Below, one piece after another: positions 58,287-64,000 of a stretch of 64,000 nucleotides of DNA. Each line of letters starts with the position of its first letter. The stretch's first letter is position 1. The translations under genes and the position numbers were made by a program. Source of the stretch: an uncultured Planctomycetia bacterium (GTDB lineage: Bacteria > Omnitrophota > Gorgyraeia > Duberdicusellales > 4484-171); assembly GCA_964455085.1 (NCBI GenBank), contig CAYVYJ010000004.1, forward strand, positions 22,714-86,713, given 5' to 3'. A model generated the notes under the pieces. The model ran no database searches. It saw nothing but the letters and a program-made list of their open reading frames with translations, and was not told where the DNA came from.

Positions 58287-60086
58287 TCAAGCGAGTTTAG
58301 CTTTGATCAACCCTCTCACCGAATTCCCCAGATAAATCTTATCGGCCTTTTTAAGGTCTTCCAGGTAGAGAACTTTCTCTTTCGCCTCACCGCTACTTAA
58401 AAGATATTCTCTTAAGACTCCCGGTAAAAGCCCGCTTTTAACTGCTGGGGTATAGAGTGTTCTCCCCTTTAAAATAAAAAGGTTGGTTATTGTACCCTCA
58501 CTTAGTTCGCCCCGCTGGTTTAAAAAAATGGTTTCAAAATATCCTTTGGCCAAGCCTTTCTTTCTCTCCTGATCATAAAAAGCTCTTCTAGTAGTCTTAT
58601 GATAGAGAAAGGAATCATCAGGGTTTACGCTTCTTTTGCTGATTCTTATTTTAGCTGGAGTTTTAATCTCAAGTACAGGTTCTTTTTTGATATTAATATT
58701 TCCTTTTGAGCTCAAAACTAATCTAACTTTTAAATTCCTATTCTCATTCTTTGCTGTCTCCTTTAATTTCTTTTTAATCTCTTTTTCGCTGTAGGGATAA
58801 GAAAAGTACTGGGCGGATTTTCTCAATCTCTTTAAGTGTAAATCCAAAAGATAATAGCCTTTATCTTTATCCCAGAGAATGCTCTCGATAAGACCTATTT
58901 TAATTGTACTATCTTGGAAAAATTTTGCTTTAAGCAGGGCTTCCGCATACTCATCCTTAGCCTTTGAATCATAGACTATTCCTCCGCCGACTCCTAGTTC
59001 TCCCCGGCCCTTTTTAAGCTTAATTGTTCTTATGGCTACATTAAAGCAGCTCCTGCCTTCTGGTGCAATATAGCCGATTGCACCAGTATAGATTCCCCGA
59101 GGTTCTTTCTCCAATCTTTTAATTAATTCAATAGTCTTTATCTTGGGAGCTCCAGTTACTGACCCACAAGGAAAAAGCGAAGAAAATACCTCTTTTAATC
59201 TTAAATTCTTCTTTAGCTTCCCCTCAATGGTTGAGGTCATCTGATAAAGAGTCTTATGCCTCTCGATATTAAACAACTTGGGAGCCCGCACTAACTTAGA
59301 TATCCTTCCTAAGTCGTTGCGCAACAAATCAACAATCATTAAGTTCTCAGCTCTTACCTTTTTACTCACTTTTAAATCAGCTTTCACCTGAGAATCTTCT
59401 TGGTGGGTAACCCCTCTTTTAATTGTCCCCTTCATTGGCCGGGTAATAATCTTCTCCTTATTGATTCTGAAGAATAACTCCGGCGATAAAGAGAGTATTT
59501 GCTCATCGCCGGTGTTAATCAGGGCTGAATAAGCTGTGGGTTGGGCCTGCCTTAATCTTAGGTATAAATTAATCGGGTTGCCGGAAAACTTAAATTTCTC
59601 TTTAAAGGTAAAATTAACCTGATAAGTTAGGCCTTGCTCAAGATAGTGCTTTATCTTCTTTATCTTTTGAGCATACTCTCTTGGGCTAATATTTGGTCTT
59701 ATGTTTTTTACTTCATACCAAGAACCAGATGATGGCAAACAAGAACATTTCTGGTTGATCTTTTCCTTGCTACTTATCTCTATGGGTTTATTACACACCC
59801 CAACCCAAGCTAAAGGAGTTTTGCTCTTTCTTCTTAAAAGTCGATGTGCTTCTTCTAAGAAATATCCAAATTCATAAGAAAAATATCCAGCCAGCCAATA
59901 CCCGTGATCAGAATAGTTCTCTAATTGCTTAAAGAATAGATTAAGATTATCATTAGGCTTAAAGGTAAGGACAGTTTTAAATTTAGCAAATAAAAAAGAA
60001 GTGTTGTTCTCGGAGTCACAACTTAAAGTTTCCAGAAAAATATAGGGGGGGGTTAAACTCTTAAGGTAGTTGAGTGGGTAACTCAT
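58287..60086 (-). CDS. pabB: Fused aminodeoxychorismate synthase component I (PabB) and aminodeoxychorismate lyase (PabC, class IV aminotransferase fold)
   Basis: PGSVTGAPKIKTIELIKRLEKEPRGIYTGAIGYI chorismate-binding core. The C-terminal ~180 aa carry EGTITNLF and TPAVKSGLLPGV class IV motifs. The start is likely the ATG at 60086, forming an ATGA overlap with the mutM stop; the track ORF extends to 60164. Confidence 0.75.
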   Translation of the reverse strand: MSYPLNYLKSLTPPYIFLETLSCDSENNTSFLFAKFKTVLTFKPNDNLNLFFKQLENYSDHGYWLAGYFSYEFGYFLEEAHRLLRRKSKTPLAWVGVCNKPIEISSKEKINQKCSCLPSSGSWYEVKNIRPNISPREYAQKIKKIKHYLEQGLTYQVNFTFKEKFKFSGNPINLYLRLRQAQPTAYSALINTGDEQILSLSPELFFRINKEKIITRPMKGTIKRGVTHQEDSQVKADLKVSKKVRAENLMIVDLLRNDLGRISKLVRAPKLFNIERHKTLYQMTSTIEGKLKKNLRLKEVFSSLFPCGSVTGAPKIKTIELIKRLEKEPRGIYTGAIGYIAPEGRSCFNVAIRTIKLKKGRGELGVGGGIVYDSKAKDEYAEALLKAKFFQDSTIKIGLIESILWDKDKGYYLLDLHLKRLRKSAQYFSYPYSEKEIKKKLKETAKNENRNLKVRLVLSSKGNINIKKEPVLEIKTPAKIRISKRSVNPDDSFLYHKTTRRAFYDQERKKGLAKGYFETIFLNQRGELSEGTITNLFILKGRTLYTPAVKSGLLPGVLREYLLSSGEAKEKVLYLEDLKKADKIYLGNSVRGLIKAKLA

Positions 60087-60883
60087 CTCTGACAATGAGG
60101 ACAAAAGCAAGTCCCTCGCCCGCCCAAGGATATCTTGGCTATTGGCCTCTGGCAGACAGGACAAGGTTGATTCTTGCGGGCGTAAACTTTTAACCGCTTC
60201 TCCATACCGCCCCTGTCTCCTCCCAGATCCCGGTAGGAATCAACTGATGAACCCTTATACTTTATAGCTTCCTTTAGTACTGATACTACCTTCTGATAGA
60301 GAAGCTTAATCTCTCCTTCTCCTAAGCTATTAGCGGCTCGTCTGGGGTCAATCTTAGCTAAAAACAAAGCTTCTTGAGCGTAAATATTGCCTAAACCGGA
60401 AATTAAGGTTTGATCGAGAAGCAGGGCTTTTATTCTGGTCTTACGCGATTTTAAAATCGTCTTGAATTCAAGATAGCTGATGTCCAAAGCTTCTTTGCCT
60501 AAGGCTTTTATGAATTTTAAATCTCGGTAGTCGCTGCGTAACCTCAACTCTCCTAATAACCGGGAATCCATATAATTTAAGACTCTACCGTCAGAGAACC
60601 GAAAGATGACCCGGGCTCTTGAGTCTTCCTGGCCATAGAGAAGCCAGCCGGAAATTCTTAAATGGACAATCAGAAACCTGTCTTGGTTTAATTTAAGGAT
60701 TAGGAGCTTAGCTCGGCGGATGACTGCAGTAACCTTCCCACCAATTAACCCCTTTCGAAAACTAGCCACTGCCGGCTCTTTAATAACTTTACTCTTGATA
60801 ATCTTAACATCAACAATTTCTTTGTTGATAATTGCTGTTTCCAAATCCCGTTTTATAGTCTCAACCTCAGGTAATTCCGGCAT
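60083..60883 (-). CDS. mutM: Formamidopyrimidine-DNA glycosylase
   Basis: MPELPEVETI N-terminus; C-terminal CPVCQ...CPHCQ zinc finger. Confidence 0.9.
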   Translation of the reverse strand: MPELPEVETIKRDLETAIINKEIVDVKIIKSKVIKEPAVASFRKGLIGGKVTAVIRRAKLLILKLNQDRFLIVHLRISGWLLYGQEDSRARVIFRFSDGRVLNYMDSRLLGELRLRSDYRDLKFIKALGKEALDISYLEFKTILKSRKTRIKALLLDQTLISGLGNIYAQEALFLAKIDPRRAANSLGEGEIKLLYQKVVSVLKEAIKYKGSSVDSYRDLGGDRGGMEKRLKVYARKNQPCPVCQRPIAKISLGGRGTCFCPHCQR

Positions 60884-60899
60884 TTTAGTTCTTATTTCT

Positions 60900-60920
60900 G
60901 GTTGAGGCTAAGCCTCAACC
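60900..60920. repeat. 21-bp perfect palindrome GGTTGAGGCTAAGCCTCAACC, copy 2
   Basis: Identical to 35363-35383. It overlaps the stop of the zinc-ribbon ORF and lies upstream of the mutM start. Confidence 0.6.
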
Positions 60921-61145
60921 AAGTAGAAAAAAAAGAGTGATCACGATTATTAACAAAATCACTACCCAAGTTACCCCTGAGCTCCTCCCTTCAGGGGTTA
61001 CCGCTTCTCCGCAGTAAAGGCAGAGAGTTGCATCATCAGGGATTGGTTTCTTACACCTAGGACAGGGAATTAGTTTACTAAAATTTAACTCATCTTTTTC
61101 CTCGGAGACACTCTGATAATCAAAATAGCCTTGATCCATGACCAA
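60915..61145 (-). CDS. Small zinc-ribbon protein with C-terminal TM anchor
   Basis: CPRC ... CLYC pairs plus hydrophobic WVVILLIIVITLFFLLG. 76 aa. Confidence 0.4.
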   Translation of the reverse strand: MVMDQGYFDYQSVSEEKDELNFSKLIPCPRCKKPIPDDATLCLYCGEAVTPEGRSSGVTWVVILLIIVITLFFLLG

Positions 61146-61148
61146 CTT

Positions 61149-61667
61149 CTATTTCAAGTGTTTGTAGATTCCTTGATACTCTTCGGTTTTATCAACTCCC
61201 ATAAACATAAGCTGAACTAAACGGGCATTCTGTTTAATATTTATTCCTTGGGGGTTGGAAACTACCAGGATAAACTCTCCCCGGCCTTTGAATCCGGCAT
61301 CCCAGATTCCATTCTGGGTAAGAGCTCCCATCCTCAACAAAGAAGTGCGGCTAAAACCCAGAGCAGCTAAATTATTGGGTAGGTTGACTACTTCATTAGT
61401 TCTTACTTTATAAGCCCCTGGTGAAAGTTCCCACCAGCCATACTTATCCTCTTGGTTCCTCTTCTTAGGCATCAATTCTTTGCCTTGGGGCACTACTCGC
61501 TGGGAATTAGAAAAATCTAAGGCTCCGGCAGAATCAAATTCAAAAACTTTACTGACAGTTAAATCAAAACCATTAGGAGTTAGCTGCTTATCTAAATTAA
61601 TATACTCCTCAACTAAATCTTTCTCTTTGATTAACTGCTTAACCTCTTTTTTATTAAGCATCTCCAA
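61149..61667 (-). CDS. dcd: dCTP deaminase-family (dUTPase-superfamily) protein
   Basis: GFSRTSLLRMGALTQNGIWDAGFKGRGEFIL parallels the archaeal-type dcd region GRSSLGRVFL...GWIDAGFKGKITLEI. Confidence 0.65.
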   Translation of the reverse strand: MEMLNKKEVKQLIKEKDLVEEYINLDKQLTPNGFDLTVSKVFEFDSAGALDFSNSQRVVPQGKELMPKKRNQEDKYGWWELSPGAYKVRTNEVVNLPNNLAALGFSRTSLLRMGALTQNGIWDAGFKGRGEFILVVSNPQGINIKQNARLVQLMFMGVDKTEEYQGIYKHLK

Positions 61668-62115
61668 CCTTATCCTTAATATAATTGATTGCTGCCTGAG
61701 CTGTCTTTGCCTTTTTGATTCCCTTTATGTCCCAGGTGTCTATCCCCACAATCAGCTTCTCCTCATTAAAGCTAAAAGCGATTTCAGACAAAGTCCCGTA
61801 CTCACCGCTGATTGCAATTATTGCCTTAGCGGCTCTGATTACTAAAATATTTCGAGCATAGCCTAAACCGGTGGGTATCTTTACATCCAGGTACTTATTA
61901 GCATCCTCACCGTCAGAACTGGGGAGAATTCCTACGGTTAAACCGCCTTGGCTTTTTGCCCCCCGACAAGCTGCCTCCATTACTCCTTCTCTGCCGCCGC
62001 AAATTAAGGTCCAACCAGCTTTAGCAATAAGCTCACCTACTTCATAAGCTATTTTGTAAGCTCTTCTTGAAGCCTTATGCCCGCCAACCACAGCAACATT
62101 TATTTTTCCCATCAC
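61654..62115 (-). CDS. LOG-family (TIGR00725-like) protein
   Basis: ICGGREGVMEAACRGA and ISGEYGTLSEIA motifs (the PGGxGTxEE analog). Confidence 0.7.
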   Translation of the reverse strand: MMGKINVAVVGGHKASRRAYKIAYEVGELIAKAGWTLICGGREGVMEAACRGAKSQGGLTVGILPSSDGEDANKYLDVKIPTGLGYARNILVIRAAKAIIAISGEYGTLSEIAFSFNEEKLIVGIDTWDIKGIKKAKTAQAAINYIKDKVGDA

Positions 62116-62133
62116 TCAGCTTATATTAGATAA

Positions 62134-62152
62134 ATGTCCCCGGCAGGAATCG
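62134..62152. repeat. 19-bp perfect copy of the tRNA-Arg 3' end plus 3 flanking nt (ATGTCCCCGGCAGGAATCG)
   Basis: Direct repeat of 62272-62290, 138 bp away. Confidence 0.6.
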
Positions 62153-62272
62153 TATGCAATCTGCCGCAGGCAGTTGAATTCGAAGAATTCACCCTATTGC
62201 ATCCGATGGCTACCATTGCAATAAGTAAAAACCGTGCCCAACCACAGGCGCCTATAGATTACTAAAAAAGCA

Positions 62273-62344
62273 TGTCCCCGGCAGGAATCGAACCTGCATT
62301 TTTGGCTCCGGAGGCCAACGCTCTATCCGTTGAGCTACGGGGAC
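62273..62344 (-). tRNA. tRNA-Arg (anticodon CCG), no encoded CCA
   Basis: Reverse complement GTCCCCGTAGCTCAACGGATAGAGCGTTGGCCTCCGGAGCCAAAAATGCAGGTTCGATTCCTGCCGGGGACA; anticodon loop CTCCGGA. Confidence 0.85.
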
Positions 62345-62368
62345 GTTTTTGAAAAAAAGAGTTAAAAA

Positions 62369-62866
62369 CTATTTAATTAAAGCGGTTTTTAAAAGTGATT
62401 TAAAACACCACTCTAAATAGACATTATCCCCGGTCTTTGATCCCGAAAGATTCCGGGAGAAGACAACTCTTGCCTTTTTCCTCCTTAAGACATTCTCTAA
62501 TTCTCTTAAAGCTTTTTTGCTCCCAGTTCCGGAGCCAAAGGTTAAAAAGCAGGCCACTGTTTTATTATCCAGACCACTCACCTTAGCTAAGTAGCTCCTG
62601 AGAGCCGGGGCATAAGTAAAAGCCCAGACCGGAGAAGCAAAGACAACAAAGTCATACTCACCTAAATCATAGTTAACCTCTAGTAATTTAGGCTTACCTT
62701 TAAGTGCCGCATCAAGACATTGTCTAAGGAAAAGAACTGCTTCTTTTTTAAGTTTTAAATCAATTAAATCTAAAGAACTGCCTAAAGCACCTATCGCTTC
62801 TTTTAAAAATAAACAAGCTTTTCTGGTGTTGCCGCTGAATGAATAAAAAACTACTGCACCCTTCAT
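62369..62866 (-). CDS. Flavodoxin-like fold protein
   Basis: AVVFYSFSGNTRK N-terminal flavodoxin signature, 165 aa. Confidence 0.6.
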   Translation of the reverse strand: MKGAVVFYSFSGNTRKACLFLKEAIGALGSSLDLIDLKLKKEAVLFLRQCLDAALKGKPKLLEVNYDLGEYDFVVFASPVWAFTYAPALRSYLAKVSGLDNKTVACFLTFGSGTGSKKALRELENVLRRKKARVVFSRNLSGSKTGDNVYLEWCFKSLLKTALIK

Positions 62867-62868
62867 GG

Positions 62869-64000
62869 TTAAAATAATTTTAGTTGATCTTCGGCCTTCT
62901 CTTCCTGTTTTTTAAAGATTTTAATTATACCATATTCACCGTCATGACCAGGAATTACTTCTAGATTCTTCTCCCTCACCCGTTTTATCCCTTCAGCTAC
63001 TCGCTCGGGCAGCCCGGCGAATAATTCATCTATTGACATCTTATTTAAAATTTTAAACTCCGGCCCTGAGTTATAAACTATGTCTAAATATTCCCTCTCA
63101 ACAGCTTTACTCTGCTTGCCGACACCCTTAACTTCGGCAATTATCTCATCCAAAGAGACCATGCTCTTATAGCCAACGGCGCTCTCAGGAACAAATCCCT
63201 CTTCCCTATCGGCTAACTCCTCGACCCGGCTTAAAACTCCCCGGGTCAGAGACTTCTTACAGACCGGGCAGATCCCCTGATGTTTTTTGCTCTCTTGGGG
63301 GTGAAAATTTATCTTACAATTTCTGTGGCCATCATAGTGGTATTTCCCCTCCTCAGGAAAGAACTCAATGGTATAGAGAAACTTCTCCTTATCTTTTGTC
63401 TCCAAGACTTTTTTTATCTCCTGGTAACTAAGCTGGCAATTAAAAACATTAGCTTCCCGGCCAATCCGGGAAGGCGAGTGTGAATCAGAGTTTGAGATTA
63501 ACGAATACTTATCTAATTTTGAAATCCTCCAGTTCATGACTGGATCAGAACTCAAGCCAGTCTCAAGGGCAGTTATTTTCTCGGTATATTCTCCGTAAGC
63601 AACTTCTAAAGAATCAAAACCGGACTTTGAACCAAAGACTGAAAACCAAGGGGTCCAGATGTGGGCCGGAATCAACATCAAATCGGTTGATATCTTAAAC
63701 AACTCCTCGGCTAACCTCTTGCAACTTAAGCCTAAAATCGGCCGGCCGTCTGAGGCAATATTGCCGTGGGATGAGAGCATTTTATTGATCTCGCCGACTA
63801 CTTCTAAAGAAGGGGCTAAAACTATGTTATGAACCCGGTAGACGCTGCCGTCTTGAGAAAAGATACTTGAGATTTCGGCTGAGGGGATAAACCGAATCCC
63901 TTGGTAAATATACAACCCGCTATTTTTATCCGGCTCTAAGTATCGCTTTAACTCCTGATACCAGAGATGGTGGGTAAAATCCCCGGTTCCCAGAAGATCT
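62869..64000 (-). CDS. PHP-domain protein, endonuclease Q-like (TIGR00375-like), with C-terminal zinc finger; 5' end beyond the window
   Basis: The reading frame stays open to the window edge (...DLLGTGDFTHHLW...). PAHIWTPWFSVFG motif and CPVCKK Cys pair. The annotated M at 63915 is actually a TTG codon. Confidence 0.45.
   Translation of the reverse strand, partial: DLLGTGDFTHHLWYQELKRYLEPDKNSGLYIYQGIRFIPSAEISSIFSQDGSVYRVHNIVLAPSLEVVGEINKMLSSHGNIASDGRPILGLSCKRLAEELFKISTDLMLIPAHIWTPWFSVFGSKSGFDSLEVAYGEYTEKITALETGLSSDPVMNWRISKLDKYSLISNSDSHSPSRIGREANVFNCQLSYQEIKKVLETKDKEKFLYTIEFFPEEGKYHYDGHRNCKINFHPQESKKHQGICPVCKKSLTRGVLSRVEELADREEGFVPESAVGYKSMVSLDEIIAEVKGVGKQSKAVEREYLDIVYNSGPEFKILNKMSIDELFAGLPERVAEGIKRVREKNLEVIPGHDGEYGIIKIFKKQEEKAEDQLKLF

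Noticed and set aside
36919-60920. Possibility that the repeated palindromic elements form a CRISPR array
   Set aside because: There are only two to three copies tens of kb apart, with no regular repeat-spacer spacing and no cas genes. They fit REP/MITE-like dispersed elements better.

Overview
This is a bacterial chromosomal segment of roughly 38-40% GC by eye, with dense coding that is almost entirely on the minus strand. The exception is a plus-strand island at about 31.5-36.2 kb holding a FIST sensor, a histidine kinase, a REC-GGDEF response regulator, tRNA-Leu and an RNase Z-like gene. Most of the window is housekeeping: era, tsaD, ctpA, gatCAB, rpoD-dnaG, pheST, rplT-rpmI-infC-thrS, trkHA, a compact V/A-type ATPase operon (E-DUF2764-A-B-D-I-K), pyrK-pyrD-pyrF, a pabB-pabC fusion, mutM, dcd, and three tRNAs (Leu-GAG, Val-TAC, Arg-CCG). 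The standout is at 1-8.9 kb, where twelve minus-strand genes are packed as a single operon encoding an aromatic (type II) polyketide synthase system. It contains KS-alpha with the HGSSTRQND signature, a Cys-less KS-beta/CLF, an ACP, a cyclase-family enzyme with the HxGTHxD motif, an SRPBCC polyketide cyclase, an AMP-dependent ligase, and a terminal MFS exporter cut by the window edge. It also carries unusual accessory genes: a ketopantoate-reductase-family oxidoreductase, a PNP/UDP-family nucleoside phosphorylase-like protein, a small PCP_red-like protein, and a protein made of two tandem Cys/His-rich ~90-aa repeats. A perfect 18-bp palindrome sits just upstream of the operon. I consider this the most likely undescribed system in the window, because the local gene context (V-type ATPase, gatCAB, low GC) points to a non-actinomycete lineage and the tailoring enzyme set is non-canonical. 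Other points worth a look are a PilZ-TM-coiled-coil-glycosidase-like fusion, a bactofilin fused to an HTH, a REC-GGDEF regulator with a GGDDF motif, two families of small structured intergenic repeats, and partial tRNA-end duplications about 140 bp from tRNA-Leu and tRNA-Arg. All calls come from reading the translations and sequence by eye; no database searches were run.
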